A stretch of 64,000 bases of DNA. Source: an uncultured Pseudomonadota bacterium. Its GTDB lineage: Bacteria > Pseudomonadota > Alphaproteobacteria > JACZXZ01. The notes under the pieces are model-generated. The model ran no database searches. It had not been told where the DNA came from and was given only the letters and a program-made list of their open reading frames with translations. The translations under genes were made by a program, and so were the position numbers. The stretch covers positions 640,001-704,000 of the forward strand of contig CAVVLJ010000020.1 of the NCBI GenBank assembly GCA_963749075.1. Direction: 5' to 3'. Positions within the stretch are counted from its first letter, which is position 1. The number at the start of each line of letters is the position of its first letter. This document shows positions 31,469 to 43,741 of this stretch, in pieces.

Positions 31469-32305
31469 ATGGCGCTCAAGGATCTGATGGTCCAAGTCAA
31501 TAGCTCCAAGCATGCCGGCAAGCGCATCGAGCTCGCCGTGCGCCTCGCGCAGGACAACGATGCGCATCTCGTCGGCCTCTACGTCTCGCCCGGCTTCGAA
31601 ATGCCGCCCTATATCGCGGCGCAGGTGCCGCCCGACGTGCTGCTTGCCCAGGAGCGCCGCATGCGCGACGTGCTCGAGCGCCTCAAGTCCGACTTCGAGG
31701 AGCGCATGCGCAAGGCCGGCATCGAGTGGGAGTGGCGCCAGGCCGAGGGCGATCCGGGTGCGACCGCCGCGGTGCATGCGCGCTACACGGACCTCGCGGT
31801 CGTCGGGCAGAACGATCCCGACGAGGAGACCCCCGAGCTCGACGAGCTGCTTGCCGAGCGCGTCGTGCTCGAATCCGGGCGGCCGGCCCTCGTCGTCCCC
31901 TATGCCGGCAGCTTTCCCAAGGTGGGCGAGCGGGTGCTCGTGGCGTGGAACGCGAGTGCGGCCGCGGTGCGCGCCGTCAACGACGCGCTGCCGATCCTCG
32001 CGCGCGCCAAGAAGGTGACCATCCTCGCGGTCAACCCCGAGGAGGGCTCGCAAGGCCACGGCGAGGTGCCCGGCGCCGACATCGCCCTCCATCTCGCGCG
32101 CCACGGTATTGCGGCCGAGGCGAGCCACATCCACGCCGACGACATCGACGTGGGCGACATGATCCTCTCCCGCGCCTCGGACGAGGGCGTCGACCTCATC
32201 GTCATGGGCGCCTACGGCCACGCGCGGCTGCGCGAGATGGTGCTGGGCGGCGCCACGCGCGACCTCCTCGCCCACATGACGGTGCCGGTGCTGATGTCCC
32301 ACTGA
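31469..32305 (+). CDS. Universal stress protein (tandem USP domains)
   Basis: SGRPALVVP, VAWNAS..AVRAVNDALP, DLIVMGAYGHARLREMVLGGATR. Confidence 0.94.
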   Translation: MALKDLMVQVNSSKHAGKRIELAVRLAQDNDAHLVGLYVSPGFEMPPYIAAQVPPDVLLAQERRMRDVLERLKSDFEERMRKAGIEWEWRQAEGDPGATAAVHARYTDLAVVGQNDPDEETPELDELLAERVVLESGRPALVVPYAGSFPKVGERVLVAWNASAAAVRAVNDALPILARAKKVTILAVNPEEGSQGHGEVPGADIALHLARHGIAAEASHIHADDIDVGDMILSRASDEGVDLIVMGAYGHARLREMVLGGATRDLLAHMTVPVLMSH

Positions 32306-32342
32306 GGCAGCACCGCCGGCCGGCCGGCCGCGGCTCGCACCC

Positions 32343-33260
32343 GTGATCCTCGTCTTCGGCTCGCTCAACGTCGACCTCGTCTTCGCCGTAGCGGCACTGC
32401 CGCGCCCGGGCGAGACCGTGCTGGCCCCCGGCATGGCCCTGCACCCCGGCGGCAAGGGCGCCAACCAGGCCGTGGCCGCGGCGCGCGCCGGCGCCAAGGT
32501 GGCGATGGCGGGTGCCGTGGGCGACGATGCGCATGGCCGCCTCCTGCTCGCGGCACTGGCCGAGAACGGCGTCGATGCGCGGCTCGTGACGGTGGTTGCG
32601 GCGCCGACCGGCTGCGCCGTGGTGGCGGTCGACGCCAACGGCGAGAACCTCATCCTCGTAGCCGGCGGCGCCAATGCACTTGCGCGCGCGGCGCAAGTGC
32701 CCGACGCGGCGCTCGGGCCGCAGACGACGCTCCTCCTCGAGCGCGAGACCGAGCCCGGCGAGATCGCCGCCCTCGCCGCGCGCGCCCATGCGGCCGGGAA
32801 CCGCGTCATCCTCAACCTCTCGCCCATGGGGCCGGTGCCCGAGGCGCTCTTCGCGAGCCTCGACTTTCTCGTGGTCAACCAGCACGAGGCCGCGGCACTC
32901 CTCGGCGCCGAGGTGGGGGATGACGGGGGTGCTACGGCACTCGCCCAGCGCCACGGCATCGCCGTGGTGGTGACGCTGGGCGCCGCAGGTGCCGTGGCAG
33001 CGCGCCCCGACGGCTCGGGCCTCCGCGTCCCCGCGCTTGCGGTCGAGCCGGTCGATACCACCGGCGCCGGCGACGCCTTCGTCGGCGCCCTAGCCGCGAG
33101 CCTCGACCGCGGCGAGGGTTTGGCGGATGCGCTTCGCCGCGCCAGCGTCGCGGGTGCACTCGCCTGCCTCAAGGTTGGGGCGCAGAGCGCCCTGCCGACG
33201 GCGAAGGAGATCGAAGTGGGGCTGGCGAGGCTGGGGGCGGTAGATGTGCTTGAGAAATAG
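32343..33260 (+). CDS. Ribokinase (PfkB family)
   Basis: GSLNVD, PGGKGANQAVA, VVNQHEA, DTTGAGDAF. Confidence 0.9.
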   Translation: MILVFGSLNVDLVFAVAALPRPGETVLAPGMALHPGGKGANQAVAAARAGAKVAMAGAVGDDAHGRLLLAALAENGVDARLVTVVAAPTGCAVVAVDANGENLILVAGGANALARAAQVPDAALGPQTTLLLERETEPGEIAALAARAHAAGNRVILNLSPMGPVPEALFASLDFLVVNQHEAAALLGAEVGDDGGATALAQRHGIAVVVTLGAAGAVAARPDGSGLRVPALAVEPVDTTGAGDAFVGALAASLDRGEGLADALRRASVAGALACLKVGAQSALPTAKEIEVGLARLGAVDVLEK

Positions 33261-33323
33261 GCATTCCTGAGCGCGCTTCTCAAGCCGTCCCTCAGCCCGA
33301 TCACAGCGTCACGGAAGGCGCAA

Positions 33324-33818
33324 TCAGCGCGCCTCGGCTGGGGCGAAGAGGCGCCGATCCCACCACACGGGACGATGGAGCGAAGGCTGCAGCGTGGCGA
33401 ACTGCTCGTGCTGCGGATTGAAGAGGAAGTTGCGCTCGGGCCGCGCCACCACGCTCGGCACGATGAGAAGAAGGGAGCGCCGGCTCTGCTGCCAAGCCTC
33501 GCCGGATGCCTTGCTCGCCGCGGCTGTTGCCTCGGCCCAGTCGGGCAGTGCCGCCTCGTCGAGCACCTCGTAGGTGGTGCCGTTGGGCACGGTGATCTCG
33601 ATGAAGTGCTGGTTCGGCGGAAGGATGCCGTTCGCATGCACGAGCTTCTCGATGAGTGCGGTGGAGTAGTGCTCGCTCGTGTAGAGGACGGGGCTTAAAG
33701 CTGTGTTCCAGCGGCCGGGATAGCTCGTCGAGCCCGTTGCGTCGAAGATGGCATGGGCGCCCTCGGGGTCGCCGATGCGGTAGGATTTGAGAACCCGGTC
33801 GAGCCTTTGCGCGCTCAC
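33324..33818 (-). CDS. RES-domain toxin (NAD+-degrading MbcT/ParT type)
   Basis: YRI, GRWN..VLYTS..STALIE, LIVPSVV..N.L.NP.H RES motifs. Confidence 0.9.
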   Translation of the reverse strand: MSAQRLDRVLKSYRIGDPEGAHAIFDATGSTSYPGRWNTALSPVLYTSEHYSTALIEKLVHANGILPPNQHFIEITVPNGTTYEVLDEAALPDWAEATAAASKASGEAWQQSRRSLLLIVPSVVARPERNFLFNPQHEQFATLQPSLHRPVWWDRRLFAPAEAR

Positions 33819-34234
33819 ACGGCGACGCCGGACTGGATGCGGCCGAGAATGTCCTCGACGAGCCGGGCGCCGAGCTCGTACGCGATGGCAAGCTCGATGG
33901 GGCGCTTGCCGCCGAGGAGCTGGTGGGGACGGTTGAGGAAGTCGCGCGCGTCCTCCTCGCTCTGCCAGATTCGCACGGCGAGCGCCCAGATGCCCGCGAG
34001 CCGCGCCACGAGCGCGCTCTCCGCGGGCGAGAGCCTGTTGCCCTCCCGCCGCCGCGCCAGGCTCGCCTTGGGTACGACGCGGTATTTGAAGCCGTTGTCG
34101 CTCGGCGCGAGCAGGCCGGAAAGCCGCGTGAGGCTCTTGAGCGGCAGGCCGTGCTCGATCGTGACGACGAGATCGAGCGGCGTCTTGGGGCGCCGGACGC
34201 CGAGGACCTCGGCCACGTCCTGAATTTCGCTCAT
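33815..34234 (-). CDS. Xre/MbcA/ParS-type antitoxin
   Basis: GLP..., LS..ES.., A..FL.RPH.LLGG..PI..., G..LVE.ILGRI..G toxin-binding C-terminus; overlaps the RES gene start. Confidence 0.9.
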   Translation of the reverse strand: MSEIQDVAEVLGVRRPKTPLDLVVTIEHGLPLKSLTRLSGLLAPSDNGFKYRVVPKASLARRREGNRLSPAESALVARLAGIWALAVRIWQSEEDARDFLNRPHQLLGGKRPIELAIAYELGARLVEDILGRIQSGVAV

Positions 34235-34245
34235 GGGCGGCTCCT

Positions 34246-34281
34246 GTCTCAGATGAGACGTAATATGGTCTTATGTGAGAC
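34246..34281. promoter_or_regulatory. Paired 14-bp palindromic operator of the Xre-RES module
   Basis: GTCTCA-ga-TGAGAC (34246-34259) and GTCTTA-tg-TGAGAC (34268-34281), 22 bp apart, immediately upstream of the antitoxin. Confidence 0.65.
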
Positions 34282-34405
34282 AGATGGCAAGAGCGGGCGC
34301 GCGGGCAGTATGAGGGAGGGGACAGGGGAAGCGAGGGGGCGCTCGACGGGTGGGCGCCACGCGGCTAGAGTCGCCGTTTCTCGAGTATCTTGCGCGGGGT
34401 TCCCC

Positions 34406-35593
34406 ATGGCCGTCCTCAACCGCATCGCCGAGTTCCACGCGGACATGACCGCTTGGCGCCATCACATCCACGCCCATCCGGAGACCGCCTTCGAGGAGCA
34501 TGCGACGGCGGAGTTCGTCGCCAAGAAGCTCGCCTCGTTCGGCATCGAGGTGCACCGCGGCCTCGCCGGCACCGGCGTCGTCGGCACCATCCGCGGCGGC
34601 AAGGGAGGGGGCGGCGCGATCGCCCTCAGGGCCGATCTCGACGCGCTCCACGTCGAGGAGAAGAACGGCTTCGCGCACCGCTCGCAGAACCCGGGGCGCA
34701 TGCATGCCTGCGGCCACGACGGCCACACCACCATGCTGCTGGGTGCTGCGCGCTATCTCGCCGAGACCCGCGCCTTCGCCGGCACCGTGCACGTCGTCTT
34801 CCAGCCCGCCGAGGAGAACGAGGGCGGCGGCCGCGTCATGGTCGAGCAAGGGCTCTTCGAGAAGTTCCCCGTCGACGCCGTCTTCGGCATGCACAATTGG
34901 CCGGGCCAGCCGGTCGGCACCATCGCGGTGCGCACCGGCCCCATGATGGCGGCCTATGACGTCTTCGAGCTCAGGGTCCTGGGCCGCGGCTCCCATGGCG
35001 CCATGCCGCACGACGGCGTCGATCCGGTGGTGGTGGCGGCGGAGATCGTCTCGGCCCTCCAGACGATCGCCAGCCGCAACACCAATCCGCTCGATTCCGT
35101 CGTCGTCTCGGTGACACAAATCCACGGCGGCGACACCTGGAACGTGATCCCCGACGAGGTCGTTTTGCGCGGCACCTGCCGCAGCTTCCGCCGCGAGGTG
35201 CAGGAGCGCATCGAGCCGGCGATCCGCCGCATCGCCGACGGCGTCGCAGCGGCCTTCGGCGCCACGGCGAGCTTGCGCTACGAGCGGCGCTACCCGCCCA
35301 CCGTCAACAGCGCCGCCGAGACCGCGCGCGCGGGCGAGGCCGCCGCCAAGGTGGTGGGTGCCGAGAACGTCATCCGCGATCCGGTGCCGAGCATGGGCTC
35401 GGAGGATTTCGCCTTCATGCTCGAGGCGAAGCCGGGCTCCTACGTGTGGATCGGCAACGGGCCGCAGGCGGGCGGCTGCGGTCTCCATAACCCGCACTAC
35501 GACTTCAACGACGAGGTGCTGCCGATCGGCGCCAGCTATTGGGTGCAGCTCGTCGACACCATGCTGGGGGACGGTGCTGCAAAGCGGGCGTGA
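34406..35593 (+). CDS. M20 aminoacylase/hippurate hydrolase-family amidohydrolase
   Basis: HAHPE.AFEE, LRADLDAL, MHACGHDGH, FQPAEE, GSEDF, LHNPHYDFND. Confidence 0.95.
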   Translation: MAVLNRIAEFHADMTAWRHHIHAHPETAFEEHATAEFVAKKLASFGIEVHRGLAGTGVVGTIRGGKGGGGAIALRADLDALHVEEKNGFAHRSQNPGRMHACGHDGHTTMLLGAARYLAETRAFAGTVHVVFQPAEENEGGGRVMVEQGLFEKFPVDAVFGMHNWPGQPVGTIAVRTGPMMAAYDVFELRVLGRGSHGAMPHDGVDPVVVAAEIVSALQTIASRNTNPLDSVVVSVTQIHGGDTWNVIPDEVVLRGTCRSFRREVQERIEPAIRRIADGVAAAFGATASLRYERRYPPTVNSAAETARAGEAAAKVVGAENVIRDPVPSMGSEDFAFMLEAKPGSYVWIGNGPQAGGCGLHNPHYDFNDEVLPIGASYWVQLVDTMLGDGAAKRA

Positions 35594-35596
35594 GCG

Positions 35597-36520
35597 TCAC
35601 CTGCCGAGTGCCCTCGGATCGAGGGCTGCCTGCAGCCCGTCGCCGATGAGGTTGAAGGCGATCACCGCGAGGAAGATGAGCGCACCCGGATAGACGGCGA
35701 GTGCGGGCGAGGAGCCGAGAAGCTCGAGGCCGCCCGAGAGCATGTTGCCCCAGCTCGCCGCCGGCGGCTGGATGCCGAGGCCGAGGAAGCTCAAGACGCT
35801 CTCGAAGAGGATGATGCCGCCGATCGAGAGCGTGGTCGCCACGATGATGGGCGACACCGCGTTGGGGAGGATGTGCACCGCCATGATGCGCAAGGGCCCG
35901 GCACCCTCGGCGCGGGCCGCCAGCACGAACTCGCGCTCGCGCAAGGTTAGCGTCGCGTTCCTCACCAGGCGCGCGGTGCGCGTCCAGCCGACGAGGGCGG
36001 TGATGGCGATGATGCGGTAGAGGCTGATGCTGTCGGATTGCGCGATGGCGGCCGGCAGCCCGAGCTTCGCCGGATCGACGGCGGCGAGCACGATGAGGAG
36101 CGGCAGGAGCGGGAGAGCGATCACCCCGTCGGTCACGCGCATGAGGAAGGCGTTGGCCCAGCCGCCGCGATAGCCCGCCGCGAGCCCGACCGCCGTGCCG
36201 AGCACCGCCGAGGCGAGTGCCGCCACGAGGCCCACGAGGAGCGAGACGCGGCCGCCGTAGAGCAGGCGCAGGAGCTCGTCGCGTCCGAGCTCGTCGGTGC
36301 CGAGCGGATGGCCGAGGCTCGGCGGTGCGAGGCGGGCGAGGAGATCGACCGCGTCGGCGTCGTGGCCGAGAAGCGTTGACACGAGGGGGGCCGCCAGGAC
36401 GAGGAGCGCCAGCCCTGCCAGCAGAACGAGGCTCGCGAGGGCCAGGCGGTCGGCTGCCAGGCGCTCCGCCATGAGCCGCCAAGGCCCGTATCCGCGCCGC
36501 CCGCGTCCGCGCCCGCTCAT
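35597..36520 (-). CDS. Dipeptide/oligopeptide ABC permease (DppC/OppC)
   Basis: HPLGTDELGRD, EFVLAARAEGA, HILPN, LSFLGLG.QPP..SWG. Confidence 0.93.
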   Translation of the reverse strand: MSGRGRGRRGYGPWRLMAERLAADRLALASLVLLAGLALLVLAAPLVSTLLGHDADAVDLLARLAPPSLGHPLGTDELGRDELLRLLYGGRVSLLVGLVAALASAVLGTAVGLAAGYRGGWANAFLMRVTDGVIALPLLPLLIVLAAVDPAKLGLPAAIAQSDSISLYRIIAITALVGWTRTARLVRNATLTLREREFVLAARAEGAGPLRIMAVHILPNAVSPIIVATTLSIGGIILFESVLSFLGLGIQPPAASWGNMLSGGLELLGSSPALAVYPGALIFLAVIAFNLIGDGLQAALDPRALGR

Positions 36521-37470
36521 GCGAGGCTGATCCGGGGATCGAGCCAGCCGACCGCGAGGTCGGCCAAGAGGTTGGCTACGATCGTCGTGAAGGTGGCCAA
36601 GAGGAGCGCCACCATGGCGAGGTTGAAGTCGTTGCCCATGATCGAGTCGTAGATGAGCTTGCCCATGCCCGGGTAGGCGAACATGGTCTCGGTGATGAGG
36701 GCGCCGGAGAAGAGGGCGCCGAAATCGAGGCCGATCACCGTCACGACCGGGATGAGCGCGTTCCTGAGCGCGTGCTTCATGAGCACGAGGCGCTCCGGCA
36801 CGCCCTTGGCGCGCGCCGTGCGCACGTAGTCCTGGCTCAGCACCTCGAGCATCTCGGCGCGCAGATAGCGCGTGAAGCCGGCGACGCTGAGCAGCGTCAA
36901 GGCCAGGACGGGAAGCACGAGATGCACGGCGCGATCCGAGAAGGTGCCGAGGCCGACCGTCTCCATGCCGCCCGCGGGCAGCCAGCCTAGGCTCACCGAG
37001 AAGAGGCCGATGAGGAGGAGGGCGAGCCAGAAGGGCGGGATCGAGATGCCGGCGAAGCAGAAGAGGTTGATCGCGCCATCGAGGCGGCTCTGCGGCCGCG
37101 TCGCGGCAAGCACGCCCAAGGGAAGGGCTGCTGCGAGCGAGACGAGGAAGCTCAGCCCCATGAGCCAGGCGGTATTGCCGAGGCGCGGCAGCAGCACGGC
37201 GAGGACCGGCTTGGCGAAGGCGCGCGAATAGCCGAGATCGCCGTGCAGCGCCGCCGCGAGCCAATTGAGGTAGCGCTCGTAGAGCGGCAGGTCGAGGCCG
37301 TAGAGCGACTTGAGCCGCACCACGTCCGCCGCCGTCAGCTTGGGGTCGGCGCTCAGCATGAGATCGATGGGGTCGCCCGGCATGAGCCCGATGAGGCCGT
37401 AGATCACCACCGACATGACGAGGAGCACGAGGAGCGCCTGGAAGAGCCGGTTGGCGATATAGCGGGTCAC
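36517..37470 (-). CDS. Dipeptide/oligopeptide ABC permease (DppB/OppB)
   Basis: PGDP, GDLGYS, DYVRTARAKG, HALRNALIP, ETMFAYPGMG. Confidence 0.93.
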   Translation of the reverse strand: MTRYIANRLFQALLVLLVMSVVIYGLIGLMPGDPIDLMLSADPKLTAADVVRLKSLYGLDLPLYERYLNWLAAALHGDLGYSRAFAKPVLAVLLPRLGNTAWLMGLSFLVSLAAALPLGVLAATRPQSRLDGAINLFCFAGISIPPFWLALLLIGLFSVSLGWLPAGGMETVGLGTFSDRAVHLVLPVLALTLLSVAGFTRYLRAEMLEVLSQDYVRTARAKGVPERLVLMKHALRNALIPVVTVIGLDFGALFSGALITETMFAYPGMGKLIYDSIMGNDFNLAMVALLLATFTTIVANLLADLAVGWLDPRISLA

Positions 37471-37481
37471 GGCACTCTCGC

Positions 37482-39414
<1,933 letters not shown>

Positions 39415-39433
<19 letters not shown>

Positions 39434-41082
39434 GTCTCGACCTCGAGGCTGCTCGGGTCCTCATGGCCGGTCGGCACCACGCCCTCGAGCCACTTGGGGA
39501 TGATGAAGGGGTCGGCGCGGTAGAAGAGCGGCAGGACAGGCAGGTCCGCGACATAGAGCTCCTGGATGCGGTGCCAGAGCGCCTTGCGCTTGCCGCGGTC
39601 GAGCTCGACCTCGATCTCGTCGATCAGCTTGTCCATCTCGGCGCTCTTGTAGCCCGCGTCGTTCTGCCCGCTCCAGCCGTTCGAAGCACTCGGAATCTCG
39701 CTCGAATAGAGCGTCGAGCGCGGCACGTTCTCAGGCGCGCTCACCCAGGCATACATCGCCATGGCGGGGAACTTGCGCTCCCTCACCGTCTCGCCGAAGA
39801 AGACGCGCGCCGGCTCGTTGCGGATGCGCACGTCGACACCGAGCGCCTTCCACTGGCTCTGCAGCACCTGCTCGACGAGCTCGCGCGCGCGGTTTCCCGC
39901 CGTCGACATGAGCTCGAGGGAGAGCGCCTCGCCCTTCGCGTTGCGCCGGAGCCCGGCAGCACCCAGCTTCCAGCCCGCCTCGTCGAGGAGGGCGGCCGCC
40001 TTCGCCGGCTCGTGGCCGTAGCCTGTAAGGTCCTTGGCATAGGGCCAGTCGAGCGGGCTCATGAAGCTTACGGCGGGCGGCTGGCGCCCGCCGAAGAGGC
40101 GCTCGTTGATGGCGTTGCGGTCGAGCGCGTAGGCGAGCGCCCGGCGTACTCGGAGATCGCGGAGGATGGGGTTGTCGAGGTTGAAGTCGATGTGCTCGTA
40201 GGTGAGGCCGGGCTTGTAGACGTAGCGGTAGGCTTGGGGATGCTGCGCCTGGAAGGCGAGCGCCTGGTCAAGCGTGAGGCCGAGCTCGCCCGCGATGTAG
40301 TCGACGCCGCCCGAGAGCAGATTGGCCTCGAGTGCCGCGGTATTCTCGATCACCTTGACGACGATGCGCTTGAAGAAGGGCTTGGCGCCGTACCAGGTCG
40401 GATTGGGCTCGAGCACCACGAAGGCGCCGGGGGAGACCTGCGTGATCCTGTAGGGCCCGAAATAGAGGCCGGGATTCGCCGTGTCGGTATCGAAACGCGT
40501 CCGCGTGCGGTACTGCGCCGGATCGGCGAAGGCGGCCTCCTCGAGGTGCGCCGGCAGCAGGCGGAAGTCGTCGATGGCGTTGTAGTCGAAGGTGACGCGG
40601 TCGACGTGCATCACGAAGGTCTTGTCGTCCAGAACGTCGATCTTGAGGATGCGGCGGTAGAGCTCGAGGTCGCCGACCCCGCTCTTTGGATTGCTGCCGA
40701 CCTGCCAGGTGAAGACCGCGTCCTTGGCGGTGACCGGCACGCCATCGCCCCAGGCGGCACCCGGCTGGATCTTGTAGCTGAGCGCCACCCCGTCCTTGCC
40801 GTCGGGCGTCTTCTCGTGCCTCGCGAGACCGTTCTCGAAGGTGGGGAGCTCGGTGCACAGCATGCAGATGAGTTGCCAGTTCGCGTCATAGGCGGTAAAC
40901 GGCCGCTCCGCCATGGCCAGGATGTAGCTCTTGGCCACCATGGCATCGATGTTGGGCTGGAAGGTCGAGGGGAACTGGGTAATGCCGATGGTGAGCTCGT
41001 CCTTGGCGTAGGCCGGCGGGCCGGCCGCGGCGGCGGCAAGCGTCAAGAGGGCGAGGAGCGGGCGGAGGAGACGAGCGGTCAT
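39415..41082 (-). CDS. Peptide ABC substrate-binding protein (SBP family 5)
   Basis: Signal peptide MTARLLRPLLALL..AYA; WGDG.PVTA.D, GPY, D.RVRRAL..A.DR. Confidence 0.93.
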
Positions 41083-41135
41083 CGCGGTCTTTTGTAATCC
41101 GTGGTCCGCCGGCTGTCTTGCGTCATCTCCGGCGC

Positions 41136-42719
41136 TCACACCGGCGAGAGCGCACAGAGGAGATAGGGGAGATAGCCGATGTTGGAGGGCACCAGGCGGC
41201 ACTCCCGGCTCTCGATCCTGAGATGGTAGGCGGCGAGGTGCTGCTTCGCGAATGCGGCCTCGTTGGGGTTGTAGAGCACATAGAGCGGGCCGCGGTGCGC
41301 GGCTACGATGCGGTGCATCTCGACGTTGAAGAGCACCTGCGGCTGGTAGGGGCCGGTGAAGCCGCTGTGGATGCGCAGGAAGCGCACGGCTGGCGGAAAG
41401 AAGGGGATGAGGTAGGAGAGCGGCTCGTGCCCGGTGATGAGCACGATCGTATGATCCGGATCGGCAAGTGCCGGCGGCGTTGCCGTCACCCAGCGCTCGC
41501 TCCACGGCACGCGGGTCCAGTCGGCCGGCCGCATCGCGGCGGTGACGAGGGCGAGCACCGCCACGGTCGCGAACGCCCGGACGCGCGGCGTAATAGGGAA
41601 GCGCTGAATCGCGAGTGCGATCGCGAGCGGCGCCAGCATCTCGTAGGCGACGAGGTAGCGGTAGATGCAGAGGATGATCGCCCAGGCGATATAGCCGATG
41701 GCAAAGGCGACGAGGAGATGGCGCGAGCGGGCGGCCCTCTCGGGCGCGGGCGCTGCGGCTCCGCGCCAGCTCCGAGCCAGGGAGGCGAGGGCGGCAAGCG
41801 GCAGCAGCACGAAGCAGGCGAGGATGCGCAGGTCGCGGAAATCCACTTCGGCGGTGAGCCGGGGGTGCACGAGATAGGCGAAGGGGAAGAAGATGCGCTG
41901 CCGGAGATCGGTGGGAATATAGAAGAACTCGCGGTAGTCCTTGTCGAGCGCCCAGGGCGACTTGAAGATCTGGTTGTCGAAGGGGAAGGCCGGATTGCCG
42001 TAGGCCTGCCACAGGTGGTGCATCCACAAGCCCGAGCTGAGTGCCATCCCCATGAGGACGCCGATGCCGAAGAGGAACGCGAGTGCGAAGCGGCGGAAGT
42101 AGCCCGTGGGTGCCGCGAGGAAGGCGAGGCAGAGACCGAGCGCCAGCGTCACGATCGGCTGCTTGAGCCCGACGGCGATGCCGCACGCGAGCCCGGCCGC
42201 GACGAGGCCCGGTGCTAGGCGGCGCCAGGCGCCGCCGAGAACCGTCTCGTAGCGCCGGAGGATGAGCCAGAGTGCCGTGAGCGGTCCCAGGCTCACCACA
42301 TTGTCGTAGAAGGTGGTGCCGAGCTCGGAGAGTGCTCCCACCCCCAGCAGGCCGAGCAGCGCCACGCCCGCGGCGGCGAGCCGGCGGCGCGACGGCGAGG
42401 CGATGGCGAGCGTGGCGTGGGCGATGCCGTAGAGCGGCAGGACGTTCAAGCCCTGCACGGTCGCGAGGAGGAAGCCCACGAGGCGCGCCGGCCAGACCTG
42501 CACCGCGAGGAAGAACGGCACGTCGATGAGGGGGTTGAAGAAAGTGGCCACCTGGGCCGCCAGCACGTCGTAGCCCTCGCGCCCGGTGAGCCAGGCATAG
42601 GCATTGTAATAGTGGTAGTTGCGCAGATCCCAGTTGGCGTCCATGCCGAGCGCCAGGGCCGCGAGGCCGCAGGCGGGCGGCGTCGCCAGGAGGAAGATCG
42701 CGACTGCCGTGCGGCTCAT
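41136..42719 (-). CDS. Polytopic membrane protein, possible GT-C-fold glycosyltransferase
   Basis: About ten hydrophobic segments; N-terminal loop DANWDLRNYHYY; G...GLK and YGNP.FP motifs; soluble C-terminal domain. Confidence 0.6.
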   Translation of the reverse strand: MSRTAVAIFLLATPPACGLAALALGMDANWDLRNYHYYNAYAWLTGREGYDVLAAQVATFFNPLIDVPFFLAVQVWPARLVGFLLATVQGLNVLPLYGIAHATLAIASPSRRRLAAAGVALLGLLGVGALSELGTTFYDNVVSLGPLTALWLILRRYETVLGGAWRRLAPGLVAAGLACGIAVGLKQPIVTLALGLCLAFLAAPTGYFRRFALAFLFGIGVLMGMALSSGLWMHHLWQAYGNPAFPFDNQIFKSPWALDKDYREFFYIPTDLRQRIFFPFAYLVHPRLTAEVDFRDLRILACFVLLPLAALASLARSWRGAAAPAPERAARSRHLLVAFAIGYIAWAIILCIYRYLVAYEMLAPLAIALAIQRFPITPRVRAFATVAVLALVTAAMRPADWTRVPWSERWVTATPPALADPDHTIVLITGHEPLSYLIPFFPPAVRFLRIHSGFTGPYQPQVLFNVEMHRIVAAHRGPLYVLYNPNEAAFAKQHLAAYHLRIESRECRLVPSNIGYLPYLLCALSPV

Positions 42720-42731
42720 TGTTGCGGATCT

Positions 42732-42833
42732 ACCCCCCTCCCCAACCCTCCCCCTCAAGGGGGGAGGGGGCTTTGAGCGGAGCACGCCCCAATTCTCCCC
42801 TCCCCCCTTGAGGGCGAGGGCAGGGAGGGGGGT
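42732..42833. repeat. Intergenic palindromic REP/RPE-like element
   Basis: ACCCCCCTCCCCAACCCTCCCCCTCAAGGGGGGAGGG ... CCCTCCCCCCTTGAGGGCGAGGGCAGGGAGGGGGGT: two inverted hairpin units of the common alphaproteobacterial type that translates as PSPL.GEGWGGG. Confidence 0.85.
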
Positions 42834-42880
42834 GCTGACTCCAAGGCCGTCCGGTTGCGTGCCTTGGCCTCGGCTCGGCC

Positions 42881-43576
42881 TCAGGACGCGCGCTCGGCAC
42901 CGGCGTGGGCCGCCTGCCAGCCGTCCGGGTCGTCGAGGAAGGCGCGCACCTTGGCGAGGCTCGCGGCATCGAAGGTGCCCTCCGCCTCGGCGACCGCCAG
43001 CACGTCCCACCAGGTGGCGAGCGCCAGGAGCTCGACCCCCTTCTCGGCGAGGCGCGCGATCGCCGCCGGGAAGATGCCGTAGTGGAAGATCACGAAATTG
43101 TGCGCGACCTTGGCCCCCGCCTTGCGCAGTGCCTCTATGAAGACGAGCTTGCTGCCGCCGTCGGTCGCCAGATCCTCGACGAGGAGGACGCGCGCACCCT
43201 CGGCCATGGCGCCCTCGATCTGGCTCATGCGGCCGAAGCCCTTGGGCTCCTTGCGCACGTAGAGCATGGGGAGGCCCATGCGCTCGGCGATCCAGGCGGC
43301 GAAGGGGATGCCGGCGGTCTCGCCGCCGGCCACGGCATCGAGCGACTCGCAGCCGATCTCGGCGAGGATCATGTCCACGGCGAGGTCCATGAGGCGGCCC
43401 CGCGCGCGCGGAAAGGCGATGAGCCGGCGGCAGTCGATATAGACCGGCGAGCGGCGCCCCGAGGTGAAGACGAAGGGCTTGTCCGGGCTGAGCTTGACGG
43501 CCTCGACCTCGACGAGGATGCGCGCGGTCGCGTAAGCCGGGCTATCGCGCGCGGGAAGCACAGTCGCAGCACTCAT
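42881..43576 (-). CDS. pyrE: Orotate phosphoribosyltransferase
   Basis: [36 protein letters not shown] loop [14 protein letters not shown]. Confidence 0.95.
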   Translation of the reverse strand: MSAATVLPARDSPAYATARILVEVEAVKLSPDKPFVFTSGRRSPVYIDCRRLIAFPRARGRLMDLAVDMILAEIGCESLDAVAGGETAGIPFAAWIAERMGLPMLYVRKEPKGFGRMSQIEGAMAEGARVLLVEDLATDGGSKLVFIEALRKAGAKVAHNFVIFHYGIFPAAIARLAEKGVELLALATWWDVLAVAEAEGTFDAASLAKVRAFLDDPDGWQAAHAGAERAS

Positions 43577-43741
43577 GCCGGTCTCCGCAAGGGGGCAAGG
43601 CTCGGGAGGCTGAGGGTACGGCCGAAGGTGCGGCGAGGGAAGGGGCTAGGCGCGAGCCGCGTCGGGGCCGCCAATTGGGAGCTTGCCGCGCGGCAGCCGC
43701 TTGCTAAAGTCCCGGTGCAAAAATCCCGAGAGGTTGCCGCC

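Noticed and set aside
42732-42833. Large palindrome considered as a novel ncRNA or riboswitch
   Set aside because: It matches a common alphaproteobacterial intergenic REP/RPE-type repeat, so it is listed as a feature only.
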